Shown: positions 10,538 to 18,863 of the stretch, piece after piece
How the letters are laid out: each line of letters begins with the position of its first letter
Numbering within the stretch: position 1 is the stretch's first letter
Virus record (IMG/VR): IMGVR_UViG_3300027746_000644
Coordinates: 30,400 to 94,399 of that record
From: a virus
Reading direction: 5' to 3' (one strand)
Length of the DNA: 64,000 bases
Position numbers and translations under genes: made by a program
Notes under the pieces: model-generated
The model's database searches: none
What the model was told of the DNA's origin: nothing
Seen by the model: only the letters and a program-made list of their open reading frames with translations

Positions 10538-10801
10538 ATGAACGCTAAAGACCAAGCAAAGAAAGATTACGAAGAAAATATTCAACTGATGCAAGACCTT
10601 ATGGGTCGTCTAGACGCTGTGGAGAAAAAAACTACCAGCGAGGTAGAGCATCCAGATCCAACCAAACACAAATATATTAGCTTTGTAAAAAGCTTCTTTA
10701 GAATTATTGCTGGCATTGCATTATGCTTTGGCGAATTTACTGTTGCTGGTCTGTTATTGATTGTTGCAGAAGCACTTGGAGTTTACGAGGAAATGGTTTA
10801 A
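10538..10801 (+). CDS. Small membrane protein
   Basis: AAGGAG SD; C-terminal hydrophobic hairpin. Confidence 0.65.
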   Translation: MNAKDQAKKDYEENIQLMQDLMGRLDAVEKKTTSEVEHPDPTKHKYISFVKSFFRIIAGIALCFGEFTVAGLLLIVAEALGVYEEMV

Positions 10802-10802
10802 A

Positions 10803-11717
10803 ATGAAAGAATTATGGGTAGAAAAATATCGGCCTAACACCATTGATGGTTATGTGTTTAGAGATAATCATCAAAAAGAACAAGTAGAATCTTGGATCAA
10901 ACAAAAGTCAATTCCGCATTTGCTGTTTAGTGGCAACGCTGGTATTGGCAAAACTACTCTAGCAAGGGTACTGTTTAACGAATTACAAATTAATGATCTA
11001 GATGTTTTGGAAATCAATGCGTCACGCACAAACTCAGTTGAAGATGTTCGTGACAAGATTGTAAATTTTGTACAAATGATTCCGTTTGGTGATTTTAAAG
11101 TAGTACTATTAGACGAAGCAGACTATCTGTCACCTAACGCACAGGCGGCTTTGCGTGGAGTTATGGAAGAATACCATACTACTGCAAGATTTATCCTTAC
11201 CTGTAACTATCCTAATCGTATTATTCCAGCATTGCATAGTCGTTGTCAAGGTTTTCACATTGAAAAAGTTGATATTGCTGAATTCACTGCTCGTGTGGCT
11301 ACCATTCTCATGGAAGAATCTGTAGAGTTTGATTTGGATACCTTAGACACGTTTGTCAAAGCTACCTATCCAGACCTACGCAAATGTATCAACACCACAC
11401 AAATGAACAGTATGGATGGAAAATTACATACTCCAGAAAAAGCAGATAGTGGGCAAGCTGATTATAAGTTAGACATGGTTCGATTATTCAAAGCAGGAAA
11501 AATCACAGAAGGTCGTAAACTTGTTTGTAGTCAAGCACGACCAGAAGAGATGGAAGAAATATTCCGCTGGCTTTATGACAACGTGGAAATTTTTGGTGAC
11601 GAAGCAATCCAAGACAAAGCAATTCTTATTATTAAACAGGGATTAGTGGATCACACATTGATTATTGATCCAGAAATTAATCTTTCAGCAACGTTAATTA
11701 GACTGAGCCACCTATGA
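10803..11717 (+). CDS. Clamp loader AAA+ subunit (T4 gp44/RFC-small-like)
   Basis: LWVEKYRP, Walker A GNAGIGKT, Walker B LLDEAD, SRC motif; start moved to ATG 10803. Confidence 0.92.
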   Translation: MKELWVEKYRPNTIDGYVFRDNHQKEQVESWIKQKSIPHLLFSGNAGIGKTTLARVLFNELQINDLDVLEINASRTNSVEDVRDKIVNFVQMIPFGDFKVVLLDEADYLSPNAQAALRGVMEEYHTTARFILTCNYPNRIIPALHSRCQGFHIEKVDIAEFTARVATILMEESVEFDLDTLDTFVKATYPDLRKCINTTQMNSMDGKLHTPEKADSGQADYKLDMVRLFKAGKITEGRKLVCSQARPEEMEEIFRWLYDNVEIFGDEAIQDKAILIIKQGLVDHTLIIDPEINLSATLIRLSHL

Positions 11718-12037
11718 CATATTTGGTGTTGGAAAATTGCATTAAATGCAAACATACTGACTGTGTAGAAGTTTGTCCAGTTGATTGCTTCAAAGAAGGC
11801 CCCAACTTTCTAGTTATCGATCCAGACGAATGTATTGACTGTGGAGTATGTGTCCCCGAATGTCCAATTGATGCTATTATTCCAGATACAGATAAAACTG
11901 TGGATGTTGTATTCTGGACTGAACTTAACACAAGGCTTGCTAAAAAATGGCCCGCTATTACCAAGCGTAAAAATGCACTACCTGATGCAGAACTGTGGAA
12001 GGATAAGCCTAATAAATTAGACTTGTTAGAAGAATGA
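11714..12037 (+). CDS. fdxA: 7Fe ferredoxin (FdxA/FdI type)
   Basis: [18 protein letters not shown] and [12 protein letters not shown]. Confidence 0.92.
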   Translation: MTYLVLENCIKCKHTDCVEVCPVDCFKEGPNFLVIDPDECIDCGVCVPECPIDAIIPDTDKTVDVVFWTELNTRLAKKWPAITKRKNALPDAELWKDKPNKLDLLEE

Positions 12038-12486
12038 AAGAAAAGTTCGTAGATGCATACATGGATGTTGCTGAACGATTTGCTGAACTGAGTTCAGCAC
12101 GTAGACTTCATGTAGGTGCTATTGTTGTAAAAGACGACCGCATTATTAGCATAGGCTACAACGGTATGCCCGGCGGTTGGGACAATGACTGTGAACTTGA
12201 AATCTACGAAGATAATGGTGACGATGAACCCGTAACCATTTTAAAATCTAAACCGGAGGTACTACATGCAGAAACAAACGCAATCGCCAAGTTGGCTAAA
12301 AGCACTGAATCTGGGGCTAATGCTACTATGTTTATTACTCACAGTCCTTGTTTGGATTGTGCCAAACTTATTTTTCAGTCTGGCATTAGCAGTGTGTTTT
12401 ACCGCGACTCTTATCGTAGCGAAGATGGAATACAATTCCTCACAAAATCGGGAGTAACTGTTACACAAATAAAAAAGGGCCCGTAG
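12034..12486 (+). CDS. dCMP deaminase
   Basis: GYNG, HAE, PCLDC zinc motifs. Confidence 0.9.
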   Translation: MKEKFVDAYMDVAERFAELSSARRLHVGAIVVKDDRIISIGYNGMPGGWDNDCELEIYEDNGDDEPVTILKSKPEVLHAETNAIAKLAKSTESGANATMFITHSPCLDCAKLIFQSGISSVFYRDSYRSEDGIQFLTKSGVTVTQIKKGP

Positions 12487-12496
12487 GCCCTTTTTT
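12471..12496. terminator. Bidirectional intrinsic terminator
   Basis: A6-GGGCC-cgta-GGCCC-T6 between convergent dCMP deaminase and phoH. Confidence 0.85.
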
Positions 12497-13229
12497 ATGA
12501 ATCTCCGTACAATGCTAATACTTCTTTCACAGCATTATGACGTTCAATATCTTTGGCATTGAATTGCACAATGTCAACGTGTTTCAATCCCTGCTTTCCT
12601 CCAAGTAAATTACAAAAATTGATTAATCCATTATCATTTAATCTATCTGCTTGAGCTAAATCTCCAGTTACTACCATGCGAGAACCATCTCCGAGTCTAG
12701 TTAACAACATTTTCATTTGGTTTACAGTTGTGTTCTGACACTCGTCAGCGATAATGTAAGCATTTTTAAATGTGCGTCCTCGCATATAAGCGAGCGGGCT
12801 TATTTCGATAGTTCCATCCTCCAACATTTTTGCAATGTCTTTTTGTTGGTAATACTCTCCTAAGACGTCAAATATGGGTCTGGTCCACGGCGCCATTTTT
12901 TCATTTAGCGTGCCTGGCAAAAATCCCAAATCTTCATCTACACTCACGGCGGGTCTTGTCACAATGATCTTGTCAACTTTACCTTCCTGAAATAATCTAA
13001 TCCCGTTCTGTACGGCCAGCATAGTTTTTCCCGTGCCGGCTGGACCAATGGCTAAAATAATGCTTTTGGCATCATCTTGCAATTTTCTAACGTATAATTC
13101 TTGATTAGTGTTGCGCGGTGATAGTTGTACACGTTGCTTCTTTTGAGGCAAGTATGGTTGAAAATCAATTATGTTAACTTCTGATGTAAAACGTTTTTTC
13201 ACTCGTTGCGTTACTCGTTGTTTACTCAT
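12495..13229 (-). CDS. phoH: PhoH-family ATPase
   Basis: GPAGTGKT, LGFLPG, YMRGRTF, DECQN, TGDLAQ. Confidence 0.95.
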   Translation of the reverse strand: MSKQRVTQRVKKRFTSEVNIIDFQPYLPQKKQRVQLSPRNTNQELYVRKLQDDAKSIILAIGPAGTGKTMLAVQNGIRLFQEGKVDKIIVTRPAVSVDEDLGFLPGTLNEKMAPWTRPIFDVLGEYYQQKDIAKMLEDGTIEISPLAYMRGRTFKNAYIIADECQNTTVNQMKMLLTRLGDGSRMVVTGDLAQADRLNDNGLINFCNLLGGKQGLKHVDIVQFNAKDIERHNAVKEVLALYGDS

Positions 13230-13306
13230 CTAAGTTGCTCCTACTTTACTTGGTTAAGTAGGACTTGTAGCGACCGCCCTTGATAACTACAGAGGTCCTA
13301 CATTTT

Positions 13307-13365
13307 TATTTACTCTATTCAAAAAATAATAAACTGTTATGTTATCGTTTAAAACCAGCTAAATA
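13307..13365. promoter_or_regulatory. Divergent putative late promoters (TAAATA boxes)
   Basis: TAAATA on minus (13312-13307) toward phoH and on plus (13360-13365) toward ORF 13394; resembles the T4 late box TATAAATA. Confidence 0.5.
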
Positions 13366-13393
13366 AGTATAGAAACTTCTGGGACTTACCATA

Positions 13394-13987
13394 ATGCATG
13401 ATATAATAGACGTCATTAACAACATACAAACATTGTATGAAAACAACTCTAATCTAGCTGTTTTAAAGGATTTTGAGCGTGTTTTAGATGAGATGGATAC
13501 TTATGTATTCGAAAACTGGGTCGATGGCGAACTAGCATACGGACCACGTGTTGATCGTCATTGGATCACTGCCTCATTTATGTGGCCGCAAGATAAAATG
13601 CCTGATCCAGATGCAGGTAAAAGACTAGTAGATTTAGGTTGCAAAGTTCGATACCAAAAAAGCCATTTGCTGGAACCTCGTAAAATTCGCACACATGAAG
13701 ACATACGCCCAGGAAGCAAAAAAGGAAAATTAGATCGTAAACCTATTTGGCTTGTCGAAATTCAGATGCCTAAGAAAGTAGCGTTTGATGTGTACAAAGG
13801 CTACATGGATAAGATGAAAAATGAAAATCAAGCTGGTAGTGCTCCCAGTGAGGCAACTTCTCCAGCTGTTGCAGGGCCAACTGCTCCGCCAATGCCAGGC
13901 GGTGCTCCTGGTGGCGGAATGCCTGGTGGTGCTCCGGCTGCTCCGGCTGCTCCTGGTGGAATGCCTGGAGGTGCGCCTGCGGCGTAA
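13394..13987 (+). CDS. Hypothetical protein with Pro/Gly/Ala low-complexity tail
   Basis: 197-aa ORF; C-terminal MPGG/APGG repeats. Confidence 0.7.
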   Translation: MHDIIDVINNIQTLYENNSNLAVLKDFERVLDEMDTYVFENWVDGELAYGPRVDRHWITASFMWPQDKMPDPDAGKRLVDLGCKVRYQKSHLLEPRKIRTHEDIRPGSKKGKLDRKPIWLVEIQMPKKVAFDVYKGYMDKMKNENQAGSAPSEATSPAVAGPTAPPMPGGAPGGGMPGGAPAAPAAPGGMPGGAPAA

Positions 13988-13995
13988 GGATCATT

Positions 13996-14727
13996 ATGAA
14001 AATTAATGAAAGTTTGCGAGCTCAAGACTTGCGCCATATGATTAAAAAAGTCTTTGGCATTGACAGCTACAAAAGTAAAGTTGGCAATGACGAAGAAGTT
14101 GTTGTCCTAAGTTTTGTAGTATCTGAAGAAGATCCTGCAAAAGATCTTGAAAATTTTATTGAGATGGGTTATGATTTTGTATTAGATGCAGATGTTACCC
14201 CAGGCGAAACCGATGACGGTGAATTTTTGGTATTTGTAGAATTAGAACGTGGAAGACATGTTGCGGAACAAATTATGCAAATTGTCAGCGGTGTTACTAA
14301 GCTAACAGAATTTGATTATATGAGATTCCGTTACTTTAAAAATTTTAAAAGTCAAGAAGCAACAGAAGAGAATTTAGCGGCAATAGTTCCAGCAGATAAA
14401 AATTCTTATAAAATTTCTACAGAACGATCTAGTTTAAATAATTTTAGCGAATTCTTTTCTAGGAGTTATGCGGATAAAGTAACAGTGTTAGACGAATCAA
14501 TTACATTTAAACGATCTGCTAATCAACCAATATCATTTAATATCGTTGCAAGTGGTAAAAAACAAGATGTATATAATAATATGCAGGGCCCAATTATGTT
14601 AGAAGGAAAAGATATTTCAGAAGTATTGTTCTTGACTAAAACAATTGGTAACTACAATATTACTAAGATTAGTAATAAATTTATATTTGAAAACAACGGA
14701 TGGGCCGTTGCACTTGAAAGGAATTAA
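13996..14727 (+). CDS. Hypothetical protein (possible head protein; N-terminal INE|S)
   Basis: 243-aa ORF with AAGGA SD. Confidence 0.65.
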   Translation: MKINESLRAQDLRHMIKKVFGIDSYKSKVGNDEEVVVLSFVVSEEDPAKDLENFIEMGYDFVLDADVTPGETDDGEFLVFVELERGRHVAEQIMQIVSGVTKLTEFDYMRFRYFKNFKSQEATEENLAAIVPADKNSYKISTERSSLNNFSEFFSRSYADKVTVLDESITFKRSANQPISFNIVASGKKQDVYNNMQGPIMLEGKDISEVLFLTKTIGNYNITKISNKFIFENNGWAVALERN

Positions 14728-14729
14728 TA

Positions 14730-15359
14730 ATGTCAAATTTTGATTTTGAATTTACAGAAAATAAATTATCACAAATAATTACAAACAATCAATATGTTAA
14801 TGATTGGTTTGAAGCATTATCTAAATTATTACCAGATTATGATATCAACACAGTGCCACGTGTTGCGGCATTTTTAGCACAAACAGCACACGAATCCGGC
14901 GGATACAAGGCTCTTAAAGAAAATTTAAACTATCGTGCAGAAACACTTATGAAAGTGTGGCCACGTTATTTTCCTAATATGGAAATTGCAAATCAATACG
15001 CTCATAAGCAAGAAGCCATTGCTAACCGTGCATACGGCGGACGCATGGGTAATGGTCCGGAAGCATCAGGCGATGGTTTTAAATATTGCGGACGTGGACT
15101 AATCCAATTGACTGGCAAAGATAATTATACCAGCTTTGCCGAAAGCATTGAAACACCTGTGGAAGAAATTCCAGAATTCCTTGGAACATTTGAAGGTGCT
15201 GTACAAAGTGCCTGTTGGTTCTGGGAAAACAATAATTTAAATCAGTTTGCAGATAGTGGAGATATGCTGACATTAACTAAACGTATTAATGGCGGCACAT
15301 TGGGATTAGATGAACGTGTAGCACATTATAACCATGCCATGCATATTTTAGGAAGCTGA
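14730..15359 (+). CDS. Glycoside hydrolase family 19 endolysin
   Basis: AAFLAQTAHESGG, ENLNY, GRGLIQLTGKDNY, SACWFW, RINGG. Confidence 0.9.
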   Translation: MSNFDFEFTENKLSQIITNNQYVNDWFEALSKLLPDYDINTVPRVAAFLAQTAHESGGYKALKENLNYRAETLMKVWPRYFPNMEIANQYAHKQEAIANRAYGGRMGNGPEASGDGFKYCGRGLIQLTGKDNYTSFAESIETPVEEIPEFLGTFEGAVQSACWFWENNNLNQFADSGDMLTLTKRINGGTLGLDERVAHYNHAMHILGS

Positions 15360-15360
15360 C

Positions 15361-15981
15361 ATGGGACAGTTAGGGTGGCTGTTTAGTTTTATCCCAGATG
15401 GTCTTTTTGTTTGGCTTGCTTATATTCTGTTTGGAATAGGTGTTGTGTTGTACTCGGCCAGCAAATTAGTTATATGGATTCCCATGATGGGACAGTACAA
15501 ACTACCAGCAGAAATAGTTGGTATTGTGTTTCTAGTGATGGGTTCTTATATGTTTGGTAGCTACGGTACTGAAATGGTGTGGCGTGAACGTGTGGCAGAA
15601 CTAGAAGCCAAAGTTAAAGTTGCCGAAGAAAAGAGTCAACAGGTCAATACTGTGATAGAGACTAAAATAGTTGAAAAAATTAAAGTAGTCAAGGAAAATG
15701 TATATGTTAATAGAGAAATTATCAAAGAAGTTGCAGGCAAACAGTTGGATGCTCAGTGTACTTTGCCTCGGTCTACTGTCAGCTTGCACGACAGCGCCAG
15801 TCGTAATGAAGTTCCCGAGCGTGCCGCCGCAACTGATGGAACCCCCAGTGGAGTTGAAGCCAGTAGGCTCCTCGACAGAGTTGTTGAAAACTACGGCGCC
15901 TGTCACGAAAACGCAGAAAAACTAAAAATGTGGCAAGAATGGTATAGGGAGCAGAAGAAAATTTTCGAATCAGTTAAATAG
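15361..15981 (+). CDS. Inner-membrane spanin (Rz-like)
   Basis: N-terminal TM segments, coiled coil, CTLP...LHD...NYGACHENAEKL; follows the endolysin. Confidence 0.8.
   Translation: MGQLGWLFSFIPDGLFVWLAYILFGIGVVLYSASKLVIWIPMMGQYKLPAEIVGIVFLVMGSYMFGSYGTEMVWRERVAELEAKVKVAEEKSQQVNTVIETKIVEKIKVVKENVYVNREIIKEVAGKQLDAQCTLPRSTVSLHDSASRNEVPERAAATDGTPSGVEASRLLDRVVENYGACHENAEKLKMWQEWYREQKKIFESVK
15704..15925 (+). CDS. Outer-membrane spanin lipoprotein (Rz1-like), embedded in the +1 frame of the i-spanin
   Basis: Lipobox LSAC (Cys codon 15785-15787), Pro-rich mature part, AAGGA SD at 15691-15695. Confidence 0.8.
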   Translation: MLIEKLSKKLQANSWMLSVLCLGLLSACTTAPVVMKFPSVPPQLMEPPVELKPVGSSTELLKTTAPVTKTQKN

Positions 15982-16005
15982 TAATATAATTTAGGAGCGA
16001 ACTAA

Positions 16006-16542
16006 ATGTCAGAAGAAGTAAAAAGCGCAAGCGAGACAAAGAAAGAAGATTGGATGAACAGCAAATGGCGTCCAATGATGGGCTGGATGTACATGCTGGT
16101 CTGTGTTATGGACATGGTTATATTTCCAATCTTATGGAGTCTATTACAGTCTTTAAATCACGGTCAAGTTTCAAGCCAATGGAATCCTTTAACCCTACAA
16201 GGTGCTGGCTTATTCCATATTGCCATGGGTGCAGTGTTAGGTCTGGCAGCATGGGGGCGAACACAGGAAAAACTGGGAGGAGCCAATAATGGCGGTATGC
16301 AACCAGTGGCGCAAAGCGTCACAACAACATTTGGTTCTCCGCAGTCCCAAGGCTTTGGCAACTCCGGTGGTTTCAATTCGCCAGCACCAAGTAACTATAG
16401 TGGTGGATTTGGTAGCACACCACCAACAAGTTTTGCGCCAGCGCCAAGCTGGGGTACAACACCAACAAACAATTTTGGCGGCCCAGCTGTAACTGCCAGC
16501 GGTAAAAAAATTGTACCGCAAGATCAAGATCCAGTTCTATAA
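16006..16542 (+). CDS. Holin-like membrane protein (3TM GTA-holin-like)
   Basis: WMNSKWRPMMGW...GAVLGLAAWGRTQEK; lies in the lysis cassette. Confidence 0.7.
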   Translation: MSEEVKSASETKKEDWMNSKWRPMMGWMYMLVCVMDMVIFPILWSLLQSLNHGQVSSQWNPLTLQGAGLFHIAMGAVLGLAAWGRTQEKLGGANNGGMQPVAQSVTTTFGSPQSQGFGNSGGFNSPAPSNYSGGFGSTPPTSFAPAPSWGTTPTNNFGGPAVTASGKKIVPQDQDPVL

Positions 16543-16553
16543 AGGAAAATAAA

Positions 16554-16766
16554 ATGAAATCGATTCTAGTATTATTAGCAAGTTTAGCATTGGTTGGAAC
16601 AGCATACGCAGGCGGCGAAACCAAAGAAGTTTGTAAAAACAAACTGGACAAAGCCGGCAAAGTTGTAACTGGCAAGGATGGAAAGCCTACGCAAGTGTGC
16701 AAGAAAATCAAAGTACACGAAAAGGCCGAAGGACATAAGGTTCCGGACGCAACTAAAAAGAAATAA
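16554..16766 (+). CDS. Small secreted basic protein
   Basis: Signal peptide MKSILVLLASLALVGTAYA, two Cys, Lys-rich. Confidence 0.7.
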   Translation: MKSILVLLASLALVGTAYAGGETKEVCKNKLDKAGKVVTGKDGKPTQVCKKIKVHEKAEGHKVPDATKKK

Positions 16767-16779
16767 TTAGCTCAGACTC

Positions 16780-16808
16780 TTGACGGGTCAAGTCTAATAT
16801 AGTATAAT
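16780..16808 (+). promoter_or_regulatory. Sigma70-type promoter overlapped by an inverted repeat
   Basis: TTGACG, 17 bp, TATAAT; inverted repeat 16785-16826. Confidence 0.7.
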
Positions 16809-16832
16809 TACTGTATTACTTGACCCATTATT

Positions 16833-17531
16833 ATGACTATGAACGAACAACAACCAATTATGATTAGCCCGTTTGGGCCTGTATTTTTAAAATTTCAGCT
16901 CCCTAACGATATGCTTACAGCATTGCTTGAAGAAAGCGAAATAATGAAGTCAAAAACTCAAGACGACGCATATATTAAAGAATATGATTGGTCCGAGTAT
17001 CTTGTTGGAAAAAATACAAACCAACTATTATTGACTTATGATTTTTTTGTCCAATCAAATTTACAATCTTTTTTAGTAGCACTTGGGGAATTCTATTTAC
17101 AAAGTCACCATTCAACAGACGATGATGTTAAAAATACAAAATTAGCAATTGCGGCGGCTTGGTTAAATGTTACTAAAAAACATGATTACAATTGTATTCA
17201 CGATCATAACAAAAGTCCGTTATCTGGCATCATATATCTAAAAGAAGATGCTAGTATAGGAGAAGAAATTGATAGATTGGAAGAAAATTCTAAAATCAAA
17301 GGCGGAAGTTATTTGCCAGGCGTGACTCATTTTATATACAGTGCCAACAAAAACTTTTTAGATTCTACCAGTTTTTCATTTAGAGGAAAACCCGGAGATG
17401 TATTAATTTTCCCCGGATGGGTTTCACATCTAGTCAATCCGTTTACAGCAGATGGAGAAAGGATGACTGTGGCTTTTAACTATCATAATGATGAAAATGT
17501 AATTCATAAATATCCTAAGGAAATGCAGTAA
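16833..17531 (+). CDS. 2OG-Fe(II) oxygenase
   Basis: WLN...HDH..SGIIYL...FPGWVSHLV...RMTVAFN. Confidence 0.75.
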   Translation: MTMNEQQPIMISPFGPVFLKFQLPNDMLTALLEESEIMKSKTQDDAYIKEYDWSEYLVGKNTNQLLLTYDFFVQSNLQSFLVALGEFYLQSHHSTDDDVKNTKLAIAAAWLNVTKKHDYNCIHDHNKSPLSGIIYLKEDASIGEEIDRLEENSKIKGGSYLPGVTHFIYSANKNFLDSTSFSFRGKPGDVLIFPGWVSHLVNPFTADGERMTVAFNYHNDENVIHKYPKEMQ

Positions 17532-18382
17532 TGACTAATCACTACCAAACACTGGGAGTTAACGAACAAGCAACTCCAGACGAAATTAAAAAAGCCTATA
17601 GAAGTCTAGCCAATAAACATCATCCAGACAAGGGTGGAGACCAAGCTATGTTTAAAAACATTAGCGTTGCTTACGAAAATCTAAGCGACCCTCAAAAGAA
17701 AGCTGAATACGATCAACAGAGGATGGGTGGGCCGCAAGTTCGTTTCCATACAGGTGGATGGGATCCGTTTGAGCAGGCATTTGGACAACACAATCCGTTT
17801 GCAGGACATCCGTTTGGAGATATTTTTGGACGTCAAGCGGGTCGTGGCCGAAACAGAGATTTAAATATCCAATGCCAAATTACATTAATGGATTCGTTAG
17901 TAGGTAAACAATTAGAAGCAAATTACAGATTACCCAGCGGTCGAACACAAACAGTTGTTATTAATGTTCCTCCTGGTATTGGACATGCCGAAACTATTAG
18001 ATATCAAGGATTAGGCGATGACAGTATTCCAAATGCGCCCCGTGGCAACTTAAATGTAACTATTGTGATATTACCCGATCCTAATTTTACACGCCAAGAC
18101 GATGATATCTATGCAAAGGTCTACATTAGTCCAATCGATGCTATGATCGGCTGTAGAAAACAAGTGAAAACATTATCAGGTCAAACATTAGATCTTGATC
18201 TTCGGGCTGGTATAGAGGATGGATCTGAATTTGCCAGTCAGGGCAATGGATTTCCCAATGTAAATACTGGACATAAAGGTCGATTTGTATCCATTGTTAA
18301 AATACGCACACCCGGAGTGACTGATCCGTCATTAGTAGAACGCCTTAAAGCAATTAACAATGAAATTAATAAAACATCCTGA
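17531..18382 (+). CDS. dnaJ: DnaJ/CbpA-type co-chaperone (no zinc finger)
   Basis: J-domain with HPD motif, G/F-rich linker, DnaJ C-terminal domains. Confidence 0.9.
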   Translation: MTNHYQTLGVNEQATPDEIKKAYRSLANKHHPDKGGDQAMFKNISVAYENLSDPQKKAEYDQQRMGGPQVRFHTGGWDPFEQAFGQHNPFAGHPFGDIFGRQAGRGRNRDLNIQCQITLMDSLVGKQLEANYRLPSGRTQTVVINVPPGIGHAETIRYQGLGDDSIPNAPRGNLNVTIVILPDPNFTRQDDDIYAKVYISPIDAMIGCRKQVKTLSGQTLDLDLRAGIEDGSEFASQGNGFPNVNTGHKGRFVSIVKIRTPGVTDPSLVERLKAINNEINKTS

Positions 18383-18863
18383 TCCAGTATTGAAACAATC
18401 AGCAGTGCCTTGGCAATTTCAAGTTGCAGATGACTTTGAGCAAGCTAGAAAGATTGAGCAGGAAATGATCAGCTTGATGAAGTCGGCAAATGGTATTGGT
18501 TTGGCTGCACAACAAGTTGGTTTATTAAAACGTGTGTTTGTCATGCGTACACAAGACGGTAGAGAATTTGGTGTGTTTAATCCTGTTATAATAGAAGTAA
18601 ATAATGAAAAGGAACTAGGCGAAGAAGGATGTCTAAGTTTTCCAGATCTATGGTTAAAAGTTGAACGCAGTAAAAGTTTGATTGCAAAATACCTTGACAA
18701 TACGGGAGAAGAGCGTATAATACAATTAGAGGGTCTAGATGCTAGGTGTTTTTTACACGAATTAGATCATTTAGACGGAGTATGTTTCATAGATGGACTG
18801 AGTCCTCTGAAACTATCGATGGCAATTAAAAAACAGAGGAAATTAAATGGTAGAACCAAGTGA
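18360..18863 (+). CDS. def: Peptide deformylase
   Basis: GIGLAAQQ, EGCLS, HELDH. Confidence 0.95.
   Translation: MKLIKHPDPVLKQSAVPWQFQVADDFEQARKIEQEMISLMKSANGIGLAAQQVGLLKRVFVMRTQDGREFGVFNPVIIEVNNEKELGEEGCLSFPDLWLKVERSKSLIAKYLDNTGEERIIQLEGLDARCFLHELDHLDGVCFIDGLSPLKLSMAIKKQRKLNGRTK
18694..18721 (+). promoter_or_regulatory. Internal sigma70-type promoter upstream of clpA
   Basis: TTGACA, 16 bp, TATAAT inside def. Confidence 0.5.

Noticed and set aside
13890-13983. GC-rich repetitive patch as a structured RNA or foreign insert
   Set aside because: Explained by Pro-Gly-Gly-Ala low-complexity coding at the end of ORF 13394.
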